Assembly (NCBI GenBank): GCA_018268035.1
Contig: JAFDXI010000043.1
Location: 17,169-49,168, forward strand
Source: Bacteroidota bacterium
GTDB lineage: Bacteria; Bacteroidota; Bacteroidia; Chitinophagales; Chitinophagaceae
Length of the DNA: 32,000 nt
Reading direction: 5' to 3'
This document shows, in pieces, positions 1 to 9,876 of the stretch. How positions within the stretch are numbered: position 1 is the first letter of the stretch; every line of letters begins with the position of its first letter. The notes beneath the pieces were generated by a model. The model made no database searches, was not told the DNA's origin, and worked only from the letters and a program-made list of their open reading frames with translations. Position numbers and translations under genes: made by a program.

Positions 1-815
1 TCCGGCTTTGAAAATGCAAACCATTTTTTGGCTAAATCTTTCAATGTGGCGCCTAAATGAAAAATTACTTTTTTGCCAATAATCAAAAAACAATCATGTC
101 TTTTTGAAAAAAATTTTTTCAAAATTTTCATTTTGTGTATTGACTTTTTGAACATCTGATACCATTTGTTGACTGATATTTTTGGTAAGCAATAACACCT
201 TTTCAGGTTTTTTCTTTTTGACTAAATGAATCAATGTGGTTTCATCCATATAATTGTCAATAAGTATAATTTCAGTTTTCGCAGAGCGGATACTTTTAGA
301 TGCTAACTCATAAGTATCAAATACCTGCCCATCAAAGAACACTCCCTGAGTAGTGATGATGTTGCCATCTAAAGCTTTAAATATTTTTTCAAGCTTTTGG
401 TTGGTTTCTAAAAATTTACTTTCAATTTTTTCCAAACTTTGTTGAATGAGTGCGTTTTCAAAAAGGATATGTCTCATTTTGACAAATGCATTAATAATTT
501 GAACGCTGGCTTGTACTTGCTGTATCACTATTTAAAACAGCAGCTAACATAGTAACATCTTATTCAGTAAATACAAATGGAATCATTCTTCTTATTGTGG
601 TCGCAGTTTGCGACTGCAAAACTGCCCATTCAGTAGCTGACAGTTTAAACATAAAAGAAACTGGAAACCTTTTGTGGTTTCGTTTTACCTGCTCATTCAC
701 TCTTTTGTTTTTTTATTTCATACTACTCTGCCAGATGAAAATCAAGCATTACCTGAATTCCCCGAACTTTAAAAATTCGATTTTCTATTTGTTTTTGTGA
801 AAGCGATCATTCATT
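1..815 (-). pseudogene. ORF6N-domain (KilA-N/antirepressor-like) protein, decayed remnant, 3' part continues off the window edge
   Basis: Conserved-looking fragments lie in different frames on the minus strand: NRIFKVRGIQVMLDFHLAE* (stop at 723-725); KNKRVNEQVKRNHKRFPVSFMFKLSATEWAVLQSQTAT...IRRMIPFVFTE*DVTMLAAVLNSDTA (stop at 560-562); QASVQIINAFVKMRHILFEN... (ORF 94-528, GIFFDGQVFD-like and IILIDNYMDE motifs); then, past a stop, HDCFLIIGKKVIF and HLGATLKDLAKKWFAFSKP. The order matches the usual ORF6N protein layout. Confidence 0.8.
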
Positions 816-1454
816 TTTCATTTTCAATTATCATTTCTAATTTGTCTTGAATCAATTTATTTAATTCATATTTCATTTTTGTTCCTGTCAGAAAGGAAAC
901 CTGCCTTTGATATAGTATTATTTCTTTTCTGGTTAGGTTGATCTTTCTCCAATATTGTAAAATATTTTTGTGTAACTGATTTATAAATTAGCCTACGCTA
1001 AAGCATTCAGGTACATTTGGTTTCGGTTAAAATCAAATATACTTATTTAAATGCGATTGATTTTCTGTCATACATATTCTTAATTCAGCAAAGTAATTTA
1101 TCTTTTTACGCTACATATAGTAAATGCTTTCATTAAGAATTGGTTTGATTTAATAAATACTTTCAGCAATTTGTTTTCCAGCATAGAAAGTTGCTTCTAA
1201 ATGTTGTGTGCAAGTTCAAAACTTTGATCAATTTGCATTGACATTTTTATTATTTCCGGCTAAATAACATGAGATAATTCTCTTATCATGGCGACGTTGT
1301 GTCAGTTTAATTATACATCAATAATCACCAAACGTAGCGGTTTAAGAAATGCATTATGGTTTTAATTTTCGTTTGATCAGCACTGTTTTCTTTCTCTGAG
1401 ACAGGCTCGAAAACCCGGTTTTTAACTTAACCAATTCCTCACATCTTTAAATCC

Positions 1455-1462
1455 TATATTTG
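1455..1462 (+). promoter_or_regulatory. candidate Bacteroidota -7 box (TATATTTG, consensus TAnnTTTG) for lspA
   Basis: Exact match to TAnnTTTG about 31 nt upstream of the lspA ATG; no clear -33 TTG seen. Confidence 0.35.
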
Positions 1463-1493
1463 CGGCGCTCAATTTTTCCAAATAAAGATTTCA

Positions 1494-2186
1494 ATGAAAG
1501 GTAGAAACGTCGCACTGTTAATCATCCTGATACTAATTGCCGACCAGGCCCTCAAGTTTTATATCAAATTAAATTACACGCTTGGCGAGGAACATAATAT
1601 TTTCGGTTCCTGGTTCCGCCTGCATTTTGTGGAAAATGAAGGCATGGCATGGGGCTTAAAATTCGGCGGCGGTTTTGGTAAGATAGTCCTTACTCTGTTC
1701 AGGTTAGTTGCAGTCATCCTTGGTACATTTTATTTAAGGATGATTATCAAAAAGAATTACCATAAAGGATTTATTATTTGTGCAGCTTTAATTTATGCAG
1801 GCGCTTTTGGCAACCTGATTGACAGTATGTTTTATGGTTTAATTTTTTCCGATAGCAACCCTTTTGCTATTGCAACTTTATTCCCGGCTGGTGGTGGTTA
1901 TGCATCTTTCTTCCATGGCAAAGTTGTAGATATGCTCTATTTTCCATTGGTTCATACGCAATACCCATCATGGTTTCCAATCCCTTCGTGGAGAGGTGAA
2001 GACTTTGATTTTTTTGCCCCGGTGTTTAATCTGGCCGATTCATCAATTTCAGTTGGTGTGATTGCATTGTTGATCTGGCAGAAAAAATTTTTCCCCGCAA
2101 AACACAATACCAATCCATCCATAAATAACCCTTCAACAACTGAAGTTGAATCATCAGAAATGCAAGATGAAATGAGGCCAATGTGA
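1494..2186 (+). CDS. lspA: lipoprotein signal peptidase (prolipoprotein signal peptidase II)
   Basis: 230 aa, multi-TM; motifs IADQALKFYIK, ENEGMAWG, GAFGNLIDSM, GKVVDMLYFP, FNLADSSISVGV typical of Bacteroidota LspA. Confidence 0.93.
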   Translation: MKGRNVALLIILILIADQALKFYIKLNYTLGEEHNIFGSWFRLHFVENEGMAWGLKFGGGFGKIVLTLFRLVAVILGTFYLRMIIKKNYHKGFIICAALIYAGAFGNLIDSMFYGLIFSDSNPFAIATLFPAGGGYASFFHGKVVDMLYFPLVHTQYPSWFPIPSWRGEDFDFFAPVFNLADSSISVGVIALLIWQKKFFPAKHNTNPSINNPSTTEVESSEMQDEMRPM

Positions 2187-2268
2187 GTAGCCGGAAATTA
2201 TTCTTCAAAAAAAATGAAGACAGGATTTATATCTGATTAATTCTCTCAAATAAATATTACCTGTTTGA

Positions 2269-3180
2269 TTATTCAGTAACAGTTGCGGTATATGATCCGT
2301 TTATAACATTGACATTCGGGTCATCATTTGCATCGCCTGCAGTTCCCAAAAAAGTTCCGGAAATAATATGGGTTATTGGATCATACGTATTAATAGTGAG
2401 TGTAATGATTGTAGCCGCTGTATCATTGGGCAAAGCCTGGTAAACAGGTGTGCCAATACCTGTGCTTAAATCGTAATGAACCAAAGCAAAGAAGCCCGAA
2501 TTGGATGGGGGAAGGTCAGTAGTATTGTATGCTCCGGTTTGTATAGAACCTGTAGGTAAATAAAAATGAAGTTCAAGCACAGTATCATTAGAAGGCGTCT
2601 TGAGGCCTTGAAGTGTGAGCATCTTTCCACCGGTACCCCAGATTGCTGAGTCTGATTCAATAAATGCCGTATCAACACTACCAGAGAAAGTTCCATCATC
2701 TGTGGTAAACTGCCAATTACCTGATGTGACTGTAGAGTCATGGCCGCCTAAACCAGTGCCTGTGCTGTCTTGTACATTCACTGTGAAAGAACAATATGTA
2801 CTATCGTAGCTGATATTAAAAGTAAAAGTACCAGGGATGATAGGTGTGCCTATCGGTTTTAAATGAACAATATTCAATCCTGTATTGCTGAAAAATCCAG
2901 AGTCATAATATTGATAGCCGTCTTGCAAATCACTCTCGATTTTATATGAACCGGTGGAGGAAACATTCACCTGAATTTCAACATAAGCTGTATCCTGACC
3001 CGGAGTAATGCCGCCATACACAGTGCCATAAATTGAATAAGGTAAACAACTGCCTGTACTGTCCCACAAACTTCCTTCAGCCTGAAGTGTCTCTGTATGT
3101 TCCTCACTCAGTTCTTTTGTGCAGGAGAAAAAAAAAGTAATACAGCATGCAAAAAATATATAAAAAACAATCTTGTTCAT
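2269..3180 (-). CDS. hypothetical secreted lipoprotein
   Basis: 303 aa; N-terminal MNKIVFYIFFACCITFFFSC lipobox-like signal; rest Thr/Ser/Gly-rich with beta-type composition; no family recognised. Confidence 0.6.
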   Translation of the reverse strand: MNKIVFYIFFACCITFFFSCTKELSEEHTETLQAEGSLWDSTGSCLPYSIYGTVYGGITPGQDTAYVEIQVNVSSTGSYKIESDLQDGYQYYDSGFFSNTGLNIVHLKPIGTPIIPGTFTFNISYDSTYCSFTVNVQDSTGTGLGGHDSTVTSGNWQFTTDDGTFSGSVDTAFIESDSAIWGTGGKMLTLQGLKTPSNDTVLELHFYLPTGSIQTGAYNTTDLPPSNSGFFALVHYDLSTGIGTPVYQALPNDTAATIITLTINTYDPITHIISGTFLGTAGDANDDPNVNVINGSYTATVTE

Positions 3181-3246
3181 GGTAATGCACTTAGTCAGCT
3201 CTAATAACGTCAGGCTGCTGCATAAATTGTTTTAATGAGAGAAGCA

Positions 3247-4671
3247 TCAGGCTTTTATTTCACCTACCATGTTTTTAGGAACCACCCATGCATCAAATTG
3301 TTCTGCAGTGATATGCTTAAAATCAAGCCCTTTCAATTCATATTCCAGCGCTGCCTGTTTTAATGTGATTCCCCGTTTGTGTGCATCCTGTGCAATGGCT
3401 GCTGCATTATAATACCCAATTTTTGTATTCAATGCAGTTACCAGCATCAAACTGTTATCAACGTGTTTTTTAATATTTTCTTCAATAGGTTTCATACCCA
3501 CTGCACATTTATCGTTGAAGGAAATACAACCTTCACCAATCAGCCTGGCGCTATGTAAAAAATTAAAAATCATTACAGGTTTAAATACATTCAGCTCAAA
3601 ATGACCGGTAGCGCCTCCAATATTTATAGCCACATCATTCCCTAACACCTGTGCTGCAATCATCGTTAATGCTTCACATTGAGTAGGGTTTACTTTTCCC
3701 GGCATGATGGATGATCCGGGCTCATTGTCAGGTATATAAATTTCGCCAATGCCGGCACGTGGCCCTGATGATAACATGCGAATATCATTCGCTATTTTCA
3801 TCAGACTAACTGCTGCTGTTTTTAAAGCGCCATGTGCTTCCACGATGGCATCATGTGCAGCAAGGCTTTCAAATTTATTTTCTGCTGTGATGAAAGGCAA
3901 CCCTGTTAGCGCTGCAATTTTTTTTGCAACCAGTTCTGCATATCCTTTTGGTGTGTTGATACCGGTGCCCACTGCTGTTCCGCCTAATGCCAGTTCACTC
4001 AGATGAGATAAAGAATTTTTTATCGCCTTCAAGGCATGGTCTAATTGTGATGCATACCCGCTGAATTCCTGCCCTACAGTCAATGGTGTTGCATCCATAA
4101 AATGGGTGCGGCCTATTTTCACCACATGCATAAATTCTTTGCTTTTTGCCTTTAAAGTATCTCTTAATTTTTCTATACCCGGAATAGTTGTTTCTGCCAA
4201 CATTTTATATGCAGCAATATGCATAGCTGTCGGGAAAGTGTCATTGGATGATTGTGATTTGTTGACATCATCATTCGGATGCAAAAATTTTTCTTTATCG
4301 GTCAATGCACCGCCATTTAAAACATGCGCACGATAAGCCACCACTTCGTTCACATTCATGTTGCTTTGTGTGCCGCTGCCTGTTTGCCACACAACCAACG
4401 GGAACTGATCATCTAATTTACCTTGGAGAATTTCATCACATACAGCTCCTATCGCCTTGCATTTATTATCGGGCAAAACATTTAATTCGTTATTGGCAAG
4501 CGCCGCGGCTTTTTTCAAATAGGCGAATGCATAAATAATGGGCTTTGGCATTTTATTGATATCCTGTGCAATCTTAAAATTTTCAATACTGCGTTGCGTT
4601 TGTGCGCCCCAGTAAACATTGGCAGGAACTTTTACTTCGCCTAATGTGTCTTTTTCTATACGGTAATCCAT
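3247..4671 (-). CDS. fumC: class II fumarate hydratase
   Basis: 474 aa; [44 protein letters not shown] signature, [18 protein letters not shown]. Confidence 0.96.
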   Translation of the reverse strand: MDYRIEKDTLGEVKVPANVYWGAQTQRSIENFKIAQDINKMPKPIIYAFAYLKKAAALANNELNVLPDNKCKAIGAVCDEILQGKLDDQFPLVVWQTGSGTQSNMNVNEVVAYRAHVLNGGALTDKEKFLHPNDDVNKSQSSNDTFPTAMHIAAYKMLAETTIPGIEKLRDTLKAKSKEFMHVVKIGRTHFMDATPLTVGQEFSGYASQLDHALKAIKNSLSHLSELALGGTAVGTGINTPKGYAELVAKKIAALTGLPFITAENKFESLAAHDAIVEAHGALKTAAVSLMKIANDIRMLSSGPRAGIGEIYIPDNEPGSSIMPGKVNPTQCEALTMIAAQVLGNDVAINIGGATGHFELNVFKPVMIFNFLHSARLIGEGCISFNDKCAVGMKPIEENIKKHVDNSLMLVTALNTKIGYYNAAAIAQDAHKRGITLKQAALEYELKGLDFKHITAEQFDAWVVPKNMVGEIKA

Positions 4672-4689
4672 ATACTTTTATTAAGGCTG

Positions 4690-4697
4690 CAAATGTA
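4690..4697 (-). promoter_or_regulatory. candidate -7 box TACATTTG for fumC
   Basis: Reverse complement of CAAATGTA; matches TAnnTTTG, about 19 nt upstream of the fumC start. Confidence 0.4.
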
Positions 4698-4761
4698 ATA
4701 TTGAATGCTGAATAATAACAGGTAAGAAATGTTTAGCAACCATATAACATAATAACCGTCA

Positions 4762-4769
4762 TACTTTTG
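4762..4769 (+). promoter_or_regulatory. candidate -7 box TACTTTTG for the serine hydrolase gene
   Basis: Matches TAnnTTTG, about 16 nt upstream of ATG 4785. Confidence 0.35.
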
Positions 4770-4784
4770 AACGAATAATTCAAT

Positions 4785-6113
4785 ATGATGAAAATTAGAT
4801 TTATTATAAGTTTTGTTGCAATGGTCATGGGTTGCAGCGCATTTTCGCAGGTGATGGATACGGTTAAGCTGAATGGTTATTTCGAATCGCTGGCAGTGCA
4901 CAATAAATTCATGGGCAGTGTGGCTGTAACGCAAAATGGAAATATAGTTTATACAAAAACAATTGGTTTTGCTGATATTGCCACCGGCAAAAAAGCGGAT
5001 GTTGATACAAAATACAGGATTGGTTCCATCTCAAAAACATTTACAACGGTATTGGTTTTTAAGGCCATTGAAGCTAATAAATTAACGCTGGATGAAACCA
5101 TACAACAATACTTCCCCACTATAAAAAATGCGGATAAAATAACTATTTCAGAACTGCTGTACCACAGAAGTGGCATACACAATTTTACCAACGATTCTTC
5201 TTACACGCAATGGAATACACAGCCTAAAACTGAAAAAGAACTGGTTAATATTATTGCAAAAGGCGGCAGCGATTTTGAGCCTGGCAGTAAATCAGACTAC
5301 AGCAACTCTAATTTTATTTTATTAACCATTATGCTGGAAAAAGTATTTAATAAACCGTATGCTGAATTAATAAAACAATACATCACACAACCTATAGGTT
5401 TAACCCAAACTTTTTTCGGAAAGAAGATAAATGTGCATGATGATCAAGCAAATTCTTACACTTTTTCTAAAGGATGGCAACTATCTCCTGAAACTGATAT
5501 GTCAATACCGTTAGGTGCAGGCGGCATTGTTTCAACACCTTCTGATTTGGTGAAATTCAGCGATGCATTGTTTAGCCGCAAGCTGGTAAATGAAACAAGC
5601 CTTCAGCAAATGGAAACTTTAATCAGTAATTACGGTGCAGGTCTTTTCCCTATTCCGTTCTACGATAAAAAAGGTTTCGGCCATACAGGCGGTATTGATG
5701 GATTTAGTTCTGTGTTCATGCATTTTAATGATGGCAATATTTCTTATGCGCTCACATCAAACGGTGCCAACTATAACACGAATAATATTTCTATTGCAGT
5801 GTTAAGCGCTGTATATAACATGCCATTTAATATTCCCGATTTTAAAACTTTTAATATAACCACGGAAGCGTTAAATCAATATCTTGGTTCCTACACATCA
5901 ACTCAAATACCATTGCAGTTAACCATCACAAAAAAAGAAAACACGTTAATGGCACAATTAACCAACCAACCAGCTTTTCCACTGGAAGCTGTTGAAAAAG
6001 ATAAATTTTCTTTTGAAGTGGTTGGTGTTGTTTTGGAATTTAATACAACCAATAAAACAGTTGTGCTAAAGCAAGCCGGCAAGGAAGTTTTGTTTACGAA
6101 AAAGCCCGAATAG
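4785..6113 (+). CDS. serine hydrolase, beta-lactamase/class C penicillin-binding protein family, secreted
   Basis: 442 aa; signal peptide MMKIRFIISFVAMVMGCSAFSQ; SxxK motif SISKTF; YxN motif YSNSN; HTGG motif GFGHTGGIDGF. Confidence 0.88.
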   Translation: MMKIRFIISFVAMVMGCSAFSQVMDTVKLNGYFESLAVHNKFMGSVAVTQNGNIVYTKTIGFADIATGKKADVDTKYRIGSISKTFTTVLVFKAIEANKLTLDETIQQYFPTIKNADKITISELLYHRSGIHNFTNDSSYTQWNTQPKTEKELVNIIAKGGSDFEPGSKSDYSNSNFILLTIMLEKVFNKPYAELIKQYITQPIGLTQTFFGKKINVHDDQANSYTFSKGWQLSPETDMSIPLGAGGIVSTPSDLVKFSDALFSRKLVNETSLQQMETLISNYGAGLFPIPFYDKKGFGHTGGIDGFSSVFMHFNDGNISYALTSNGANYNTNNISIAVLSAVYNMPFNIPDFKTFNITTEALNQYLGSYTSTQIPLQLTITKKENTLMAQLTNQPAFPLEAVEKDKFSFEVVGVVLEFNTTNKTVVLKQAGKEVLFTKKPE

Positions 6114-6361
6114 CTTAAGTACTCATCGGGACAAATAAAAAAATTTGAGCGAGATAAATCTCTCGAAATAATAACAACTTTAAATTCATGAGATGTCTGG
6201 TTACCTCGACATGACAATCTCCTAAAAACTTACAGATTAATTTTCGGCTAAGAGTTTTAATACACAACAGGTTAAAGCTTACCTTTTTTAATTGCTTCTT
6301 ACTGATGAAAATTTTGCATTAACCTAAACAATTTTCATAAATTGCTTACTCTGTTAACCGA

Positions 6362-7900
6362 ATGTTTATGAGAAAACTTTATACCCTGCTATTATTTTAC
6401 CTCACTTATTCAGCAGATGCGCAGGAACAGTTTAATCCTTGTTCTAATTTTTGCGCTGTTGATTTGAGTACACCACAAACAACTTATTTAACCGATGAGC
6501 TAACTTATTTCAAGCCCGGTACGAATGTTTATTGCAACAGTGCAACTATTGATGATTTTGATGTACAATATAAAGAGAATTCATGTGGAACTAATCAAGA
6601 TTTATGTTCTGATAGCTTGTGTGCTTTAAAAATCCATGTTTATTATCCGGCAGGCATAGATGTTAATTGCAAGTTACATGCAGTAATATTATTTCATGGT
6701 GGTGCATATAATGAGTGCGGTAATTATAATGATGCAGGCATTATTGCAATAAGTAAAGATTTAGCAATTAGAGGGTATGCAGTGTTCAATGTAAATTATA
6801 GATTGGGAGTTATTCCAGACCCAAGACTTGTACAGAATATAATCGATAACAATCCTGTTTTAAAATATGTTTCTGCACAACAAATGTTGGCAATTTATCG
6901 TGCACTTCAGGATGCAAGAGGTGCAATAAGAAGCATTATTGCAATGCAATTGGATGGGACTTTTTTGCATAATGGCAAATATCAAATTGATCCGAATAAC
7001 GTATTTCTTGGGGGAGTTAGTGCCGGCAGTTTAATAGCTTTAAGTGCAGCTTATTTTGGGCCTGGAGCAACCGGGCAGGGTTTAATTGATATGATGTTTC
7101 CAAATGTAAGCATTGTATTCGGCGGAACTACAGGACTTGGACCGATAGACCCAAAAGGTGTTTACTATATAGACCCTCCACATATTGCATCGAATGATTA
7201 CTTCAATAGAATAAAGGGAATATTAAATTGCTGGGGAGCTCTTTTTATTCCTAATTCTTATCTTTCTCATCCTTATGATTTTTTCTCTGGTCAGGGATAT
7301 TCTCTTCCGCCAATTATTTCGTTTTGTGGCAAGAATGATACTGTGTTTAATTATAATTCTCAAGGAGTATATTTTTCTCCTAAAAAACTCTATAAAAAAA
7401 TTGCTCTTAATACTGAACTACGATGTTTGCCAAATAGTCCCTATACTGTTCCTGCTGATAATAATTTACTCCATCCGATCAAATATGAAACATGTATTGG
7501 CTCACAAACTATCTATTTCATGCTTAAAACTCCAGGTACAGGAATAACACCTATACCTACAGAGTTTTATTTAGATTGCGACATGTATCATGGTCTTGAT
7601 ACAGACGATCCTTTATGTCACACTTGCACAGCTGACCCCAGTAATTTATTTGTAAAGCCAGATGGAATGGGAGGTTGTAAACTATGTGGCTATCAAAGTA
7701 ATTTTGGAACACAAAACAATACTGCCGCAGGTACGTATGATTATATAGCTGCACGTGCGACTACCTTCTTTCAAACAATACTTGGTGGCGCTACTTCAAA
7801 TATATCTGCATCAAGATTTGTAGAATGCGAGAATAAAAGAGTTACATGTACAGGCACAACAAATTCAGGTTGTAGTAATGATACACAATGCCCAAATTAG
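6362..7900 (+). CDS. secreted alpha/beta-hydrolase, carboxylesterase-like, cysteine-rich
   Basis: 512 aa; oxyanion motif LFHGGAYNE, nucleophile elbow GVSAGS, signal peptide; many Cys residues, notably in the C-terminal region. Confidence 0.75.
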   Translation: MFMRKLYTLLLFYLTYSADAQEQFNPCSNFCAVDLSTPQTTYLTDELTYFKPGTNVYCNSATIDDFDVQYKENSCGTNQDLCSDSLCALKIHVYYPAGIDVNCKLHAVILFHGGAYNECGNYNDAGIIAISKDLAIRGYAVFNVNYRLGVIPDPRLVQNIIDNNPVLKYVSAQQMLAIYRALQDARGAIRSIIAMQLDGTFLHNGKYQIDPNNVFLGGVSAGSLIALSAAYFGPGATGQGLIDMMFPNVSIVFGGTTGLGPIDPKGVYYIDPPHIASNDYFNRIKGILNCWGALFIPNSYLSHPYDFFSGQGYSLPPIISFCGKNDTVFNYNSQGVYFSPKKLYKKIALNTELRCLPNSPYTVPADNNLLHPIKYETCIGSQTIYFMLKTPGTGITPIPTEFYLDCDMYHGLDTDDPLCHTCTADPSNLFVKPDGMGGCKLCGYQSNFGTQNNTAAGTYDYIAARATTFFQTILGGATSNISASRFVECENKRVTCTGTTNSGCSNDTQCPN

Positions 7901-7925
7901 TCTATAACATTAATAAATTCATTTT

Positions 7926-9701
7926 ATGAAAACATTTTTTACTCTACTAAGTTTTTTATTTTTTTCAGTTATATACGCGCAAACACAAAATAAAGCCGGA
8001 ACACTTGACAGCAGTTTTGGTACAGTTGGAAAAGTGCTTACATCTTCCCCAACCGGCTATTTAGTTTGTGAAGCAGCAGCTTCACAAAGTGACGGTTCAA
8101 TTATTACTGCGGGAGGAGTGAGTTTTGTAAATTCTAATTCTGATGATTTTTTTGCAATTAAGTACTCTTCTAACGGCGTACTCGATAGCAGTTTCGGAAA
8201 GAAGGGATTAGCTGTAATAAAGGGATTAGGTGAGGCTCAAACAGCAAAAATTCAGCCAGATGATAAAATTATCATTGCAGGTTATGTTGCAGATCTTTTC
8301 GGAACTTATTATGCAATAACTCTTGGAAGGCTGAATGCTAATGGCAGTATAGATTCAACTTTTGGAACAAACGGCACAATAATAACCGATGCAGGAAAAA
8401 ACTGCCATGAGATAGCTATACAGCAAGACGGGAAAATTTTGGTTACCGGAGAAACAGGAATTGCTTTTCTTACACTGCGCTACTTACCTGATGGAAATTT
8501 AGATAATAGCTTTGGTAATAATGGTAGCGTAACCACAATATTTGATGGAGGTACTCCTAAAACCGCAAATGCTAATACCATTCAGCCGGATGGTAAAATT
8601 ATAGTTGCAGGTGGAGATAACCATAAAATTATGCTGGCACGATATAATGGTGATGGCAGTTTGGATGAAACTTTTGGAAATAATGGAGAGGTTATTTCCG
8701 ATATTACCAATATTAATCCACTGAATAAAGTGTATGATATGGTATTACAGCCAGATGGCAAATTATTATTAACAGGCACAACAGTGGATGCGTTTGGTAT
8801 GACTAACAGTACAATTATTTTGCGTTACATGCCAGATGGAAGCTTTGATACATCTTTTGGTAATAAAGGTATTGTGGTTAGATCTTTACAATACAGTTCA
8901 GACGCATTTGGCATTGCATTGCAAAAAGATAGTAAAATAATTATTGGCGGAGATTATATTTCAGATGGAATTAATCCACATTTTTTAGCAGAAAGATATA
9001 ATGCGGATGGAAGCATTGATGCTTCTTTTGGGAATGGTGGTTATCAGGTTACAGCAATGGATCAATCAGATGAGGCAACTGGTTTAATTATACAGAATGA
9101 TGGTAAAATAGTTTTAGCAGGTTTTGCTTTAAGCACACAAGCCGGGCCGTCCGGATATGAAGTTGCACTTACACGTTATAACAACGATACTGAAAACAAA
9201 AAACAAATCATCATCACTAAAATCCGTCGCTGGTTACAACATCACAATGGCATTGAATGGGATTATAATAGTAATATAAGCAGCTATGTAGTACAGCACA
9301 GTTATGATGGTATTCATTTCAGCTCTGTTGCAAGAATAAATGCAAACAATAATGCTAATTATACTTATCAAGATCCTTCACTATTAAACAATACAAATTA
9401 TTATCGCCTGCAAACAACAAGTGTAAATGGTACAGTTAATTATTCAAATGTGTTAGTTGTTACAAATAATGAAATAAAAATAGCTCCCAATCCTGCAACA
9501 AACAGTTTGCATATACGTGACTTATCATCAACACAAAAATCTAAAATTACTGTTGTTGATATTGCAGGTAATATAAAATTGCAGACAGTTGCAAATGCAT
9601 CTTCTTTCAATTTAAACATTGCTTCTCTTAAACCTGGTAATTATCTATTAAAGATTGAAATGAATAATGAAGTTGTTACAAAGCAGTTTGTGAAAGAATA
9701 A
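7926..9701 (+). CDS. delta-60 repeat domain protein with type IX secretion (type A) C-terminal sorting domain
   Basis: 591 aa; at least seven repeats of the form (L/I/F)D.(S/T)FG..G (e.g. LDSSFGTVGKV, IDSTFGTNGTI, LDNSFGNNGSV, LDETFGNNGEV, FDTSFGNKGIV, IDASFGNGGYQ); C-term IAPNPATNSLHI...GNYLLKIEMNNEVVTKQFVKE. Confidence 0.88.
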   Translation: MKTFFTLLSFLFFSVIYAQTQNKAGTLDSSFGTVGKVLTSSPTGYLVCEAAASQSDGSIITAGGVSFVNSNSDDFFAIKYSSNGVLDSSFGKKGLAVIKGLGEAQTAKIQPDDKIIIAGYVADLFGTYYAITLGRLNANGSIDSTFGTNGTIITDAGKNCHEIAIQQDGKILVTGETGIAFLTLRYLPDGNLDNSFGNNGSVTTIFDGGTPKTANANTIQPDGKIIVAGGDNHKIMLARYNGDGSLDETFGNNGEVISDITNINPLNKVYDMVLQPDGKLLLTGTTVDAFGMTNSTIILRYMPDGSFDTSFGNKGIVVRSLQYSSDAFGIALQKDSKIIIGGDYISDGINPHFLAERYNADGSIDASFGNGGYQVTAMDQSDEATGLIIQNDGKIVLAGFALSTQAGPSGYEVALTRYNNDTENKKQIIITKIRRWLQHHNGIEWDYNSNISSYVVQHSYDGIHFSSVARINANNNANYTYQDPSLLNNTNYYRLQTTSVNGTVNYSNVLVVTNNEIKIAPNPATNSLHIRDLSSTQKSKITVVDIAGNIKLQTVANASSFNLNIASLKPGNYLLKIEMNNEVVTKQFVKE

Positions 9702-9876
9702 CGTTTCATGGTTGAGCAGTATTTTTAAAGTGGTCACAACTTTTTAAGAATTATGGCCGCTTTATTTATTTTACCGACAAAAAACTTTCATTTGGAGATG
9801 CTAACATAATTATTCACCGATTATTTGTTTGCATCATATTCAACCACCAGTTACATTTGGCACTCAATTTATTTCA

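Noticed and set aside
597-800. 67-aa plus-strand ORF
   Set aside because: Lies antisense over the ORF6N remnant, whose minus-strand frames give recognisable protein motifs.
1494-2186. LspA appears long (230 aa)
   Set aside because: The insert before the last TM and a low-complexity hydrophilic tail are common in Bacteroidota LspA; not unusual enough to report.
2026-2208. 60-aa minus-strand ORF at the end of lspA
   Set aside because: Antisense to the conserved LspA C-terminal region, no supporting signal.
4656-4934. 92-aa minus-strand ORF over the fumC/serine-hydrolase divergent region
   Set aside because: Overlaps fumC and the serine hydrolase starts and covers the candidate promoter boxes; composition not protein-like.
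7926-9701. Possible DNA tandem repeat or CRISPR-like array in 7926-9701
   Set aside because: The periodicity is at protein level (delta-60 repeats), with divergent nucleotide copies and no uniform spacers.
9702-9876. Possible terminator AAAGTGGTCACAACTTTTT after the delta-60 gene
   Set aside because: Stem of about 5 bp is too weak to claim.
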